Program-made: the position numbers and the translations under genes | Notes under the pieces: generated by a model | Database searches by the model: none | What the model saw: only the letters and a program-made list of their open reading frames with translations | What the model was told of the DNA's origin: nothing | Part shown: positions 42,915 through 53,272 of the stretch, piece after piece | Layout: every line of letters begins with the position of its first letter | Numbering within the stretch: position 1 is the stretch's first letter | NCBI GenBank assembly: GCA_016931155.1 | Contig: JAFGFJ010000003.1 | Location: forward strand, 1 to 54,081 | Origin: Candidatus Dojkabacteria bacterium | GTDB lineage: Bacteria; Patescibacteriota; Dojkabacteria; B142; JAFGFJ01 | DNA length: 54,081 nucleotides | Direction of reading: 5' to 3'

Positions 42915-45362
42915 ATGCTTATAAGTTTAAATTGGCTGAAACAGTACCTGCCTGAGCTCTACGAAGAGCCGGAAACAATAGCCACAAAGCTCAGCGAGTC
43001 ACTTGCTGAAGTAGAAAGTATAAAATATGTCGGACGAGGGCTTGAAAATCTTTTTATCGGACAGGTTAAAAAAATTGGAAAGCACCCTAAGAGCGAAAAG
43101 CTTACGCTCTGCACTGTCAATGACGGAGAAAAAGATAGAAAAATAGTATGTGGTGCACCAAATGTTTCTGAAGGTATAAAGGTTGTTGTTGTGAGACCAG
43201 AAGGAGTAGTATTTAATGCTTCCGAAAAACTTAATTCACAAAGTCTTTTCCAGATTACCGAAAGAGAAGTAGCAGGAGTTAAATCTCAAGGTATGATTTG
43301 CTCAATGAAAGAGCTGGGAATTGCGGAAGACCATGAAGGAATCTGGATACTCCCGGAAAACAGTATAGTCGGACAGAACTTCACCGACCTAATAAAGGAT
43401 GCTATTTTTGAGATTGAGAACAAAGCTCTTACTCACAGACCAGATTGTTTTTCCCACGAAGGAATAGCAAGAGAGCTTTCCGCAATATTTAAAACACCGT
43501 TCAAAACAGTTGATGCGAAAACTCCCCTTTTTCCTACACAAAAAGTTGATCTAAAAATAGAACTTAGAAATCAGGAGCTTTGCCCGAGGTTCAGTGCAAT
43601 AGTAATTACAAACGTAAAGATACAGCCTTCTCCTATCTGGATGCAATTAAGGCTTATGAGTATAGGAATAAGACCAATTAACAACATTGTAGATGCTACA
43701 AACTATTTTATGATTGATATGGGTCAGCCGATGCATGCTTTTGACTATGAAAAAATTGAGAAAAAAAAGCTAATCATCAGGAACGCAGATGATAAGGAAA
43801 AAATAAAGACTCTTGACGGAGTAGAAAGAAAACTCACCAGGGAAATAATAGTAGTATCGGATCCGATAAAGGTGCTTTCAATTGCAGGTGTGATTGGAGG
43901 AGAATCATCTGAAATATCAGAAAAAACAAAAACAATCGTACTGGAATCTGCAAACTGGGAAATGTTCAATAACAGACGTACCGCACGCAGTCTTGGCATA
44001 AGAACTGAAGCTGGTACACGCTTTGAGAAAGGACAGGATCCAAGCAATACACAGGAATCACTTGAACGAGCAATTCATCTCATTTCTGATATTGCGGGTG
44101 GGGAAATAGCATCTGAATTTATCGATATTTATGAGAACCCAGTCGAGAAAAGAAAAATAGTTTTTGATCTCAATGCAGTCAAAAAAATTCTTGGGATTGA
44201 TGTTTCAAAAGAAGAAATTCTGGATATTTTGAAACACCTGGGAATCGAAGTTGTCGGAGCAGAAAAGCTTCCAACCAAACTTCTTACCCATAGTGAAGGG
44301 AATAAGGTAGAACTCACAATTCCGACATTTAGAAGAGACCTGAATATTACCGAAGATATTGTAGAAGAGATTGCAAGAATTTATGGATACGAAAAAATCC
44401 AGCCAACTTTTCCTGCAAGGTCAATTGGAGCAGCAAAAAAAAATGTACTGAGAGAATTTATTATCAAAGTGAAAAGAACTCTATCCGCCCTCGGGCTTGA
44501 TGAAATTTATACATACTCATTCATCGGAGAAGGAGATTACAAAAATGTAAATATCACAACAAAGGGACTAATCAAAATCCAAAACCCTTTGGCTCCTGAG
44601 CTTTCATATGTAAGAAATTCTATTTCACCAAGTCATCTGGCAAAACTAGAAATGAATTTGAAAAATTTTGAGGAAGTTAATATATTCGAAATAAGTAGAG
44701 TAGCTTTAAGAGATAAAAGAAAAGACGGACTTCCGGAACAACCTATTATGATGAACATGACTTTTGCTGAAAGAGGAAAAAATGAAAAAATATATATGAA
44801 GGCTAAGGGTGTTGTAGACGAATTACTTGAAATTCTAAATGTAAATGATTTGAAGTTTGTCAATATTAAAAACACTACAAACAATAATCCGCTCTGGCAT
44901 CCTGCACGAAGTGCAAAAATTTGGTCAGGGGAAACGGAAATAGCTATGATCGGGGAAGTACATCCCTCTGTGATTTCAAATCTTGGACTTAATGGAAGTG
45001 TCTGTATTGTTGAATTTGCAATCGAAGATCTTATGAAAGTATCGAAAAAAGATGCAAGCTACACTCCCATCCCAGGGCTTCAAAAAATTGTTAGAGATTT
45101 GACTGTATGGGTAGCCAGAGAAGTAGAAGTCCAGGAGATGCTGGAAGCAATTTCCGAGAACAGGGACAAACTCATTTCAAAAATTTTCATAAAAGACATA
45201 TTCGAAGGTAATACTAATTCTAAGACCAAAAAAAATAACAGGAAAAGTGTAACTTTTACAATAGAAATTCAACCATTTAATAAAGCACTTCTTGATGAGG
45301 AGTCAAATAAAATTGTGAAACAAATTTTTGATATTTTGGAGAAGAAATTCAGAGCCAAGTGA
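42915..45362 (+). CDS. pheT: Phenylalanine--tRNA ligase beta subunit
   Basis: 815 aa. MLISLNWLKQYLP N-terminus, tRNA-binding domain (KHPKSEKLTLCTVNDG), B3/4, B5 and FDX-ACB-like C-terminus. Confidence 0.95.
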   Translation: MLISLNWLKQYLPELYEEPETIATKLSESLAEVESIKYVGRGLENLFIGQVKKIGKHPKSEKLTLCTVNDGEKDRKIVCGAPNVSEGIKVVVVRPEGVVFNASEKLNSQSLFQITEREVAGVKSQGMICSMKELGIAEDHEGIWILPENSIVGQNFTDLIKDAIFEIENKALTHRPDCFSHEGIARELSAIFKTPFKTVDAKTPLFPTQKVDLKIELRNQELCPRFSAIVITNVKIQPSPIWMQLRLMSIGIRPINNIVDATNYFMIDMGQPMHAFDYEKIEKKKLIIRNADDKEKIKTLDGVERKLTREIIVVSDPIKVLSIAGVIGGESSEISEKTKTIVLESANWEMFNNRRTARSLGIRTEAGTRFEKGQDPSNTQESLERAIHLISDIAGGEIASEFIDIYENPVEKRKIVFDLNAVKKILGIDVSKEEILDILKHLGIEVVGAEKLPTKLLTHSEGNKVELTIPTFRRDLNITEDIVEEIARIYGYEKIQPTFPARSIGAAKKNVLREFIIKVKRTLSALGLDEIYTYSFIGEGDYKNVNITTKGLIKIQNPLAPELSYVRNSISPSHLAKLEMNLKNFEEVNIFEISRVALRDKRKDGLPEQPIMMNMTFAERGKNEKIYMKAKGVVDELLEILNVNDLKFVNIKNTTNNNPLWHPARSAKIWSGETEIAMIGEVHPSVISNLGLNGSVCIVEFAIEDLMKVSKKDASYTPIPGLQKIVRDLTVWVAREVEVQEMLEAISENRDKLISKIFIKDIFEGNTNSKTKKNNRKSVTFTIEIQPFNKALLDEESNKIVKQIFDILEKKFRAK

Positions 45363-45713
45363 AATAGTACAAATCATACCATGATGTGGGTAACCATCCA
45401 TTTCCCTGTTCTTAATGCCTGTTTATCTTTTATACTCAAATCCACAGAAAGCCCGTCAGGTGAGTACTGAGCAACCCCTTTCTATTATTTCCCGCCTCAG
45501 TAATATGTAAAATGCTATCTGGGCATTTGTTACGAAAAGCACTATTCAAGATTTTCATCTAAAATATGCATTCCTCTCACTTATATTTTTATCCGCTTTT
45601 GCACATCACTGAATTCAGTAGACAAAGCAAGCACGAGAGTGTCCATTATTATACTCTGGAAACGAAAGAGTTTTTTTTAGAGAATCACCGTGCACTTGTA
45701 CATAAGAACGACT

Positions 45714-46004
45714 CTATTTACCTTGGTTATTTAAGCTGAACCCTGTGTCAATACCATAGCAGTAATATTCCGGATTCAATCTACTTGACCCAACGTAACT
45801 TGCCTGATTAGCAATCTCTCTCACTGAGGCTCCCAAACAACACAAAGTAAGACATAGTCCTGCTATCGATAATAGCGCAAGCCTCCTTGTTTTTTCTATT
45901 CCTAGAAGTTCACTTCCGTTTTGTCCGTAAGACACTTCCCCCTGTACATTACTACTCCATAGAGTATCCTTTTCTCTTAATAAATAATTTTTAAAAATAT
46001 ACAC
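45714..46004 (-). CDS. Questionable small ORF with one central hydrophobic helix
   Basis: 96-aa ORF, the only one in a 940-bp gap. LALLSIAGLCLTLCCLGA, then a 45-aa tail with YYCYG. No SD at the ATG. Confidence 0.2.
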   Translation of the reverse strand: MYIFKNYLLREKDTLWSSNVQGEVSYGQNGSELLGIEKTRRLALLSIAGLCLTLCCLGASVREIANQASYVGSSRLNPEYYCYGIDTGFSLNNQGK

Positions 46005-46301
46005 ACGAATCTATATAATGATAATGCATACATTTGCAAGAAATTCAATTATTTGTATTGAGATTTTTTCCAGGAAAAATCCGGGCATTCCTGACTGAGT
46101 AGACAGAAGTTTTCAAAGGTATAGAATATCTCGCCTATTTTTTCAAGTCACTTAGGTATCATCTGCCATTGGACAAGACTAGGTATTGCCAAGACAAAAA
46201 AAGAATAATATAATTGCGCAATCGATTTAGATTTATGTAAAAGACTACCTTGGGCAACAGCCGAGGTAGTGTTTTTATAAGTATTTCTTAAATATCTTGA
46301 A

Positions 46302-46814
46302 ATGGGCACACCTATACAAAACACAGGAATAGAGCAAGGTATTACCAGTGAAAATACACAAAATTTTATCAACCCAGGATTTCACTCTGAAAGTAATCAC
46401 ATATCTCCTTGTTTATGGAGAATAGACAATGATTTATATTCTTGTTGCTTTTCATCTCTTAAGTACGAGTTGGAATCACAGCATTCACTTTCTAATTATT
46501 CACTTGGAGAAATTGAAAGACTTATCAACCTATTGTTAACTTGTTGCGATGGAGATATCTTGCCTGATATTCACGGAGTTGGCTTTATCTTCAACGGAGA
46601 AAGTCACTGCTTCTACAAGAAGGAAATAAAAGAATGTATATATTCACTTTCTGAACAACAAAGAGATAGATTTATTCCTGATCTTGTTATTGTTTCGCTG
46701 GAGAATTTAAGAGAAGTTTACCAGGACAAAGCAACAGAGTATGGAACAGATCCTAATTTCTTTACTCAATATGATTTTTCTGCCTATGGAGTCTATAGAG
46801 TCGAATCTGATTAG
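46302..46814 (+). CDS. Hypothetical protein
   Basis: 170-aa ORF with no recognised motif. Several Cys pairs (CC, CC). Confidence 0.5.
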   Translation: MGTPIQNTGIEQGITSENTQNFINPGFHSESNHISPCLWRIDNDLYSCCFSSLKYELESQHSLSNYSLGEIERLINLLLTCCDGDILPDIHGVGFIFNGESHCFYKKEIKECIYSLSEQQRDRFIPDLVIVSLENLREVYQDKATEYGTDPNFFTQYDFSAYGVYRVESD

Positions 46815-46993
46815 TTCTCACTAAGAAGACCATACGTCTACCTGAAGTGTTCTTCATTAAACCTCATATAATTATCAATGTGTTTTGAATTTTTTTCTAT
46901 TTCAGACGACTTTGGATTTCAAATACTCCTTCCGCCTTTACTTATTAGGGCTTAATCATTAAAATTGACCTGGACACATTTCGAATTTGAAAT

Positions 46994-48196
46994 ATGCAAG
47001 TAAACACAGATCCAAAAAAGATTGACGATATCCTTTCTCGTTTCGTAGAAGATGTAGTAGTGAGAGAATATCTAAGGAAAGAAATGCTTTCCGGCAGGGA
47101 ACTGAAAATATATCTCGGTACAGATGTAACAGGAGAGAATCTCCACCTGGGACATGCCGTAATTCACAGAAAACTTAAAGACTTTCAGGAACTTGGGCAT
47201 AAAGTCACTTTGCTCATAGGAAGTTACACTACATTGGTAGGTGATCATTCAGACAAACTCGATCAAAGAACAGAAACAAACGAACAGCAGATCTCCAGCT
47301 TTGAGAGAACCTATGTCGACCAGTTCGCAAAAACTGTTGATATAAGTAAAGTTGAGATCGTACACAACGGAGATTGGCTCTCGAAGCTTACATTAAAAGA
47401 AGTAATAGAACTCGCGAAAATATTTACTGTCCAACAGAATATAGAACGAGATGCATTCCAAAAGAGGATCAAAGCTGAAAGTCCCATCGGGCTCGATGAA
47501 TTTTTATATCCATTGATGCAGGGTTATGATGCTTATGCACTAAAAACTGACATACAAATAGGCGGATCGGATCAGACCTTCAACCTTCACGCTGGTAGAA
47601 AAGTAATGGAACATTTTGGGATGAAACCACAAAACTACATTACTATGAAACTTCTAGTGGGAAACGACGGAAGGAAAATGGGCAAAAGTCTCATGAACTT
47701 TATCCCAATACTTGCAACTCCAAACGACATGTATGGACAACTTATGTCGATAAAGGATGAGGTTATGGAGGATTACTTTGTTGCACTAACACGAATTCCG
47801 CTTGATGAGGTAAAACTAATATTAAGGGAAGAAGAAGCGATGAATGCTAAAAAGAAACTTGCTTTTGAAGTCACAAAGTTCTACTCGTCTGAGAAAGAGG
47901 CGATTGAAGCAGGGAAACATTTTGAAAGGGCGGTACAAAAAAAAGGTGAGTTAGAAGAAAAAGATTTTGAGACATTATCTTTTTTCGAGGTCAATAAATT
48001 ATCTGCATTAGAATTGCTTAAGCTACTCGTTAAGAACGGTAAAATTACAAGCAATTCTGAAGGGAAAAGACTATTGAGACAAGGCAGCATTGAGATAAAC
48101 GGAAAAAAGGTGATAGAAAGTGATGAAAATTTAGACTTGAAGCCTGGAGATAAGATTAAAGTAGGTAATAGAAGAAACGTTCTTAAGATAAAATAG
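46994..48196 (+). CDS. tyrS: Tyrosine--tRNA ligase with C-terminal S4-like domain
   Basis: 400 aa. HLGH (HIGH), LLIGSYTTLVGDHSDK, GGSDQTFN, KMGKS (KMSKS). The C-terminal GKRLLRQGSIEINGKKV is S4-like. Confidence 0.9.
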   Translation: MQVNTDPKKIDDILSRFVEDVVVREYLRKEMLSGRELKIYLGTDVTGENLHLGHAVIHRKLKDFQELGHKVTLLIGSYTTLVGDHSDKLDQRTETNEQQISSFERTYVDQFAKTVDISKVEIVHNGDWLSKLTLKEVIELAKIFTVQQNIERDAFQKRIKAESPIGLDEFLYPLMQGYDAYALKTDIQIGGSDQTFNLHAGRKVMEHFGMKPQNYITMKLLVGNDGRKMGKSLMNFIPILATPNDMYGQLMSIKDEVMEDYFVALTRIPLDEVKLILREEEAMNAKKKLAFEVTKFYSSEKEAIEAGKHFERAVQKKGELEEKDFETLSFFEVNKLSALELLKLLVKNGKITSNSEGKRLLRQGSIEINGKKVIESDENLDLKPGDKIKVGNRRNVLKIK

Positions 48197-48238
48197 CGTA
48201 AAACTCTTAATTTTTCTGCACTACAAACGTGAAAATCT

Positions 48239-48340
48239 ATGAAAAAGAAATATAAACAAATAATCTGGTGGGTAATGCTTGTTGCAATTCTTTTTGGTAT
48301 GGTTGTAGTCCCTGTACTCACCGCTTTAAGCCTTTTTTAA
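48239..48340 (+). CDS. Possible 33-aa hydrophobic mini-protein
   Basis: MKKKYKQIIWWVMLVAILFGMVVVPVLTALSLF*. Basic N-terminus plus one TM, in the tyrS-recG gap. Below the ORF-track size cut-off. No clear SD. Confidence 0.3.
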   Translation: MKKKYKQIIWWVMLVAILFGMVVVPVLTALSLF

Positions 48341-48421
48341 TATAAGCGCAATAATGCTTGTACCGCAGTTTTTTTCGCATTGTACGCCTGAAGCGTACTT
48401 TCATACTCTTGAAATAAAGAA

Positions 48422-50503
48422 GTGATAAAAATAGACAACCCAGCAACAACAATCCCATTAATCGGCAATAAATATGCCCATATTCTCGAATATCTGGGGA
48501 TTAATACTGTCAAAGACCTCATCTATTATTTCCCTGTCCGTTTCGAAGATTCCAGCAAAGTTCAAAATATTTCCAGCTTGAATATGAACGAAAAAATCAC
48601 CTTCAAGGCAGAAATAATTAAAATAAAATCGCTGAGGCTTCGAGGGAAGAGAAGTATTCAAAAAGGGATTTTGCAGGATGAAACAGGACAAGTGGAAGCA
48701 GTCTGGTTCAACCAGCCATATCTCACGAACAACTTGAAAGAAAACGAATGGTATCTTTTTCGAGGAAAATTGAATCCGCGCTCATACAGACCTCAGATTT
48801 CCTCCCCAGAATACGAAAAATTGAAGATAGAAGAGGCTGACACAAAAGCCCTTGACAACAGCAATGTGCACCTTGGAAGACTTACTCCAATTTATCCGCT
48901 TACAGAAGGAATAAGCAGTAAGTGGCTCAGATCAAGGGTCAAGTGGGCAATTGACAGAATCGGTAAATCACTCAAAATTACCGACCCACTGCCGATAGAA
49001 ATTTTGAAAAAATATAATCTGGCTGGACTCCTTCCTTCACTCAAATGGATCCACTTCCCGGAATCGGAAGAACAGATAGAAAAAGCAAGAAAACGCCTGG
49101 GGTTCGATGAAATGCTTTCAATTCAATTGAGACTTGAGAGAAACAGAAGAAAAAGAAAAGCAATGAAATCATTTTCAATAGAAATAAAAAATGAAATACA
49201 GGAAAAGCTAATGAATTCTGTAGACTTCAAACCAACAAAATCACAGCTCACCGCAATATCTGAAATAAATAGCGACCTTGCCGGATCAAGACCGATGAAC
49301 AGGCTTCTTCAGGGAGATGTAGGAAGCGGAAAGACCCTTGTCTCAGTTGAAGCAGTACTTCAAACCGCAAATTCAGGTCTACAGAGCATAATTCTGGTTC
49401 CAACAAGTGTTCTTGCCGACCAGCATTACGAAACCTTCAATAAATTTCTCAAGTATTTTGGTTTCAGTATTGCACTTGTTACCGGAAATACGAAAAAAAA
49501 CAAACCGGCAGATATAATAATCGGAACACATGCTATTCTTCACCGCAAAAAAGAAATGATCAAGAATCCCGGACTTGTCGTAATAGACGAACAGCACAGA
49601 TTTGGTGTAGAGCAGAGGAGAGAGCTTTTGAAAGACATAGACAGGCTACCCCTGGAGACAAATCAAAGACCAGGAGAGACCCGGAAAACAGCAAACACCA
49701 CCACGAAACGCACTCAGAGTCAGACTCCAAGTTCCACCACTCAGTACAATCCTCATCTTCTAACAATGACAGCAACTCCCATACCACGCAGTATGGCGCT
49801 TACACTTTTTGGAGATATGGACATTTCAACAATGGAGGATATGCCCGAGGGAAGAACTCCTACAAAAACTCACTTAGTTCCTGATGAAAAAAGAGAAGAC
49901 TCTTATGCCTGGATCCGAGAGAAGATGAAGGAAGGAATAAAAGTTTTCTGGATAACGCCACTCATTGAGCAGAGCGAGAAACTTGAAACAAAATCTGCAG
50001 TTGATACTTTTGAGCTTCTAAGTAAAACAGTTTTTCCTGAACAAAAAATAAGGCTTTTGCACGGGAGAATAAAAGAGACGGAAAAGAAGAATCTTTTAAA
50101 AGACTTCATGGAAGGGAAGTTTGACATCTTAGTTTCAACTTCAGTAATTGAAGTGGGTATTGACATTCCGGGTGCTGAAATAATTGTAATAGAAGGAGCA
50201 GAAAGATTTGGTCTTGCCCAACTCCACCAGTTAAGAGGTAGAGTAGGGCGCAGGAAAAATGAGTCGTGGTGCTTTTTATTCACGAGTACAGGTCAGGAAA
50301 CGGAAGAACAGACTGCAAGACTCAAATATTTTGCGAAAGAAAATGACGGACTAAAGATTGCCGAATATGATTTATCAAGAAGAGGACCGGGAGAGGTTTA
50401 TGGATTTAGGCAGTCAGGAGTACCAAACCTGAAAATTGCAAAGCTGAACGACCTCGAATTAATCAAAAAAACAAGGGAAGCTGCAAGACTGCTTATTGGT
50501 TAG
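48422..50503 (+). CDS. recG: ATP-dependent DNA helicase RecG with a low-complexity insertion
   Basis: 693 aa. GDVGSGKT (Walker A), DEQHRFGV, TATPIPR, QLHQLRGRVGR. A T/Q/S-rich insert between motifs II and III lies at about nt 49633-49750. GTG start. Confidence 0.93.
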   Translation: MIKIDNPATTIPLIGNKYAHILEYLGINTVKDLIYYFPVRFEDSSKVQNISSLNMNEKITFKAEIIKIKSLRLRGKRSIQKGILQDETGQVEAVWFNQPYLTNNLKENEWYLFRGKLNPRSYRPQISSPEYEKLKIEEADTKALDNSNVHLGRLTPIYPLTEGISSKWLRSRVKWAIDRIGKSLKITDPLPIEILKKYNLAGLLPSLKWIHFPESEEQIEKARKRLGFDEMLSIQLRLERNRRKRKAMKSFSIEIKNEIQEKLMNSVDFKPTKSQLTAISEINSDLAGSRPMNRLLQGDVGSGKTLVSVEAVLQTANSGLQSIILVPTSVLADQHYETFNKFLKYFGFSIALVTGNTKKNKPADIIIGTHAILHRKKEMIKNPGLVVIDEQHRFGVEQRRELLKDIDRLPLETNQRPGETRKTANTTTKRTQSQTPSSTTQYNPHLLTMTATPIPRSMALTLFGDMDISTMEDMPEGRTPTKTHLVPDEKREDSYAWIREKMKEGIKVFWITPLIEQSEKLETKSAVDTFELLSKTVFPEQKIRLLHGRIKETEKKNLLKDFMEGKFDILVSTSVIEVGIDIPGAEIIVIEGAERFGLAQLHQLRGRVGRRKNESWCFLFTSTGQETEEQTARLKYFAKENDGLKIAEYDLSRRGPGEVYGFRQSGVPNLKIAKLNDLELIKKTREAARLLIG

Positions 50504-51150
50504 AATTCGGTAAGATGAGTAGCAATCTCAAAATCTTTTATATGTAAACATGTGCTCTTAATCGCCTCATCGTTTATCCCTTCCGGCTTGATTCGACAGT
50601 GGTCAATAATCTGTAATTCTATTTTTCTGAGGTAATCCGCGAGAACAGGAAACCTACCGATTTCACCTTCCGGCAAGTCTTTTCGCCCTAAGAATCTCTT
50701 ATATCCTTCTTCCATTCTTCTTTCAAGGGATGCCACCCCAGAAGGGGTAACACGCTGATCACTGTAAAGACAAATTTTGACTCTGAAATCCTTCGTTTCA
50801 AAACTTTCTTTCGCCTTCGCAAAGCCTAGCGCTGTAACAACCTCAACTATTCTTTCCGGAACTTTCATTTCTTCAATTATCTTTTGTGTTACTTCATGTT
50901 CATCACTCCCATATTTTTCGATAAATTCTTCCTTGACTCCCGTCCAATATGCAACCCCTTCAGGCTCAAAAGCTTCAGACATAAAAGACATATTAAATTT
51001 CACAATATTTCCCATGTCATGGACGAGTGCTGTTTGTATAACCACATCTTTATCAATTTCCCCCAACCCAGTTATCACATATGAGTGAGGCAACTCCAGC
51101 AACCCTATACATATGCTGCTGTAAAACCGGCGGAATTTTGTACTTCTCAT
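50500..51150 (-). CDS. HD-domain phosphohydrolase
   Basis: 216 aa. LPHSYV ... ALVHDMGNI (H...HD). Converges on recG with a 4-nt overlap. Confidence 0.7.
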   Translation of the reverse strand: MRSTKFRRFYSSICIGLLELPHSYVITGLGEIDKDVVIQTALVHDMGNIVKFNMSFMSEAFEPEGVAYWTGVKEEFIEKYGSDEHEVTQKIIEEMKVPERIVEVVTALGFAKAKESFETKDFRVKICLYSDQRVTPSGVASLERRMEEGYKRFLGRKDLPEGEIGRFPVLADYLRKIELQIIDHCRIKPEGINDEAIKSTCLHIKDFEIATHLTEF

Positions 51151-51217
51151 AAATATTTGCGATCTTCATGGCTTAATATTAGTATAATTGGAGCTGAAAA
51201 TAAATTGAAAACATCTA

Positions 51218-51979
51218 ATGACATTAATTCAGTCAGTGGTATTGGGAATTGTACAGGGAATATCTGAGTTCCTTCCTATATCAAGCTCCGGGCATCTTAT
51301 CCTTATACCCGAAATATTCGGCTGGGCAGAGCAGACCACATCTTTTGACATCGTACTTCATGCAGGCACACTCTTTGCCCTGCTGGTGTTCTTCAACAAA
51401 AATCTCCTTGATGTCATTAAAAATAAATATCTGGTTTTTAAAATAATTGTTGCATCAATACCTCTACTTATCGTTGGCTACCTTGCGCAGAATTTTATCG
51501 AAGAAAATTTCAAATCAGCACTTACAGTAGCTCTTGCCCTCATTATTTTTGGAATTATCATGATAGCTTTTGACCGGATCTATAAATACAATAAAAAAGA
51601 AATAAAGGACATGGGTATAATTGGAGCAATCGCAGCAGGAATTTTCCAGATATTCTCACTGGTAAGAGGTAGTTCCAGATCAGGAACAACAATCCTTGGA
51701 GGACTTGTATCAGGTCTCAAAATAAAGGAAGCAACAAGATTTTCCTTCCTGGTAGCAATCCCGACAATCGGAGTAGTTATTCTTTTTCAGCTTTACCAGT
51801 TCGTCGACGGGGAAGCTTTGAACGAATCTGTAGGCGTGCTAATCGGAGGTTTTGTCAGTTCATTCTTGAGCGGATTTCTGGCCATAAAATTCATGATGAA
51901 CTTTATTGAGAAAAGAGGGCTTACTTTTTTTGGAATTTATAGAATCATACTTGGAATAATTGTTTTGATTATCGTGTAA
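51218..51979 (+). CDS. uppP: Undecaprenyl-diphosphate phosphatase
   Basis: 253 aa. GIVQGISEFLPISSSGHL and SRSGTTI are BacA/UppP motifs. Multi-pass. Confidence 0.93.
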   Translation: MTLIQSVVLGIVQGISEFLPISSSGHLILIPEIFGWAEQTTSFDIVLHAGTLFALLVFFNKNLLDVIKNKYLVFKIIVASIPLLIVGYLAQNFIEENFKSALTVALALIIFGIIMIAFDRIYKYNKKEIKDMGIIGAIAAGIFQIFSLVRGSSRSGTTILGGLVSGLKIKEATRFSFLVAIPTIGVVILFQLYQFVDGEALNESVGVLIGGFVSSFLSGFLAIKFMMNFIEKRGLTFFGIYRIILGIIVLIIV

Positions 51980-52025
51980 GAATTGAATCAATGGTCTGAC
52001 ACAGTTTAGTTATATTTATGATCAG

Positions 52026-52505
52026 ATGAAAAAATTTCCTGTTTCTGTAGTACTGGATAATATCCGCTCAGCCTTAAATGTTGGGGCAATTTTTCGGACT
52101 TGCGATGCGGCGGGGATCGAAAAACTTTATCTGTGCGGTATCACTCCATACCCGCCGCACAACAGGATCCCAAAAACTGCTCTCGGAGCTGTTGAAACTG
52201 TGAGGTGGGAATACGGCAAAAACACTATTGAGACAGTGGAAAAATTAAAAGAAGAGAAGAAAAAAATAATAAGTGTGGAAGTAACAGATAATGCGATTGA
52301 GTTCACCGACTATAAATTTACTACACCCTCGGTACTGATTTTTGGAAATGAAATAAACGGAGTAGGGGAGGAAATATTGAAATTGTCAGATGGTATTGTA
52401 AAAATCCCGATGTTCGGCATGAAGGAGTCCCTAAATGTCGCAACCACCTCAGGCATAGTGATCTACGAAGCGGTTAGACAGATCAGAAAATTGGTCACTA
52501 AGTAG
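52026..52505 (+). CDS. SpoU/TrmH-family RNA 2'-O-methyltransferase (minimal SPOUT)
   Basis: 159 aa. NIRSALNVGAIFRTCDAAG, LIFGNEINGV, IPMFGMKESLNVATTSGIVIYE. Confidence 0.85.
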   Translation: MKKFPVSVVLDNIRSALNVGAIFRTCDAAGIEKLYLCGITPYPPHNRIPKTALGAVETVRWEYGKNTIETVEKLKEEKKKIISVEVTDNAIEFTDYKFTTPSVLIFGNEINGVGEEILKLSDGIVKIPMFGMKESLNVATTSGIVIYEAVRQIRKLVTK

Positions 52506-52618
52506 ATCGGAAAATTGCTTTACTCATTTCGCCAAACCCTTTAAAATGCAAGATCTATGGAAGCAATACGTTTTATTGTTTTGTTGTTTTTTTATTTTAA
52601 AATCCAGATTATTAAGAA

Positions 52619-53251
52619 ATGATTTTTGCCCATCCATTCTCAAACATTGTAGTCACAAGGGTGCTGAAACCTCTCTGGAAAAGAGGGTTAAGCAAAAAGC
52701 AGGAGGTAGCGGTCTGGGCTACAGCCATCGTATCAACCGTTTTTCCTGATGTTGATCTGGTGTATGCGCTTGTTACTGGAGAAAACCACAGATTCCTCAT
52801 TACACATACTTTCGTCCCTTACGCAATATTTGCTGTCCTTGTCATCGTTTTGAGCTATATCTTTGCTAAAAAGCTGAAGGAGACCAGGAAGGATTTTCTC
52901 GAGCCGGCTTTTATCAGACTCCTTGTCCCTATGATGCTTATAGGTGTCGCAATTCATCTTGCTACAGACACCCTTGGTGCTCCTGTAAGACTTCTTTATC
53001 CTTTTTCAAATAAAGAATTTATGCTGATCCCCATAAACAGTTTTCTCAACGGCAGTAACTTGCCCAAAATTCTCCAGTACTATACAACTCCGTTCATTCT
53101 TGCGTTTGAACTCTTTTGGATAGGCACAGGCACTATTATCCTATATAGAATGATAGATTCAAACATTTATCTCAGGAAATACCTTCCCAAAACCCTTGGA
53201 TTTATTGTGGCATGTGCTGCTACAATGCTCACAGTTGTTTTGATTGTGTGA
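52619..53251 (+). CDS. Membrane-bound metal-dependent hydrolase (DUF457/YdjM-like)
   Basis: 210 aa. FPDVDL, HRFLITHTF, AIHLATDTLG...LLYPFS. Multi-pass. Confidence 0.65.
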   Translation: MIFAHPFSNIVVTRVLKPLWKRGLSKKQEVAVWATAIVSTVFPDVDLVYALVTGENHRFLITHTFVPYAIFAVLVIVLSYIFAKKLKETRKDFLEPAFIRLLVPMMLIGVAIHLATDTLGAPVRLLYPFSNKEFMLIPINSFLNGSNLPKILQYYTTPFILAFELFWIGTGTIILYRMIDSNIYLRKYLPKTLGFIVACAATMLTVVLIV

Positions 53252-53272
53252 GCTTAGATAATTAAAAAGAAA

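Noticed and set aside
45440-45460. ACAGAAAGCCCG, reminiscent of the RNase P RNA ACAGAACCCGGC block
   Set aside because: The other universal RNase P blocks (GGAAAGTCCGG, GGTAAGGGTGAAAGGGTG) are absent from the surrounding sequence on either strand.
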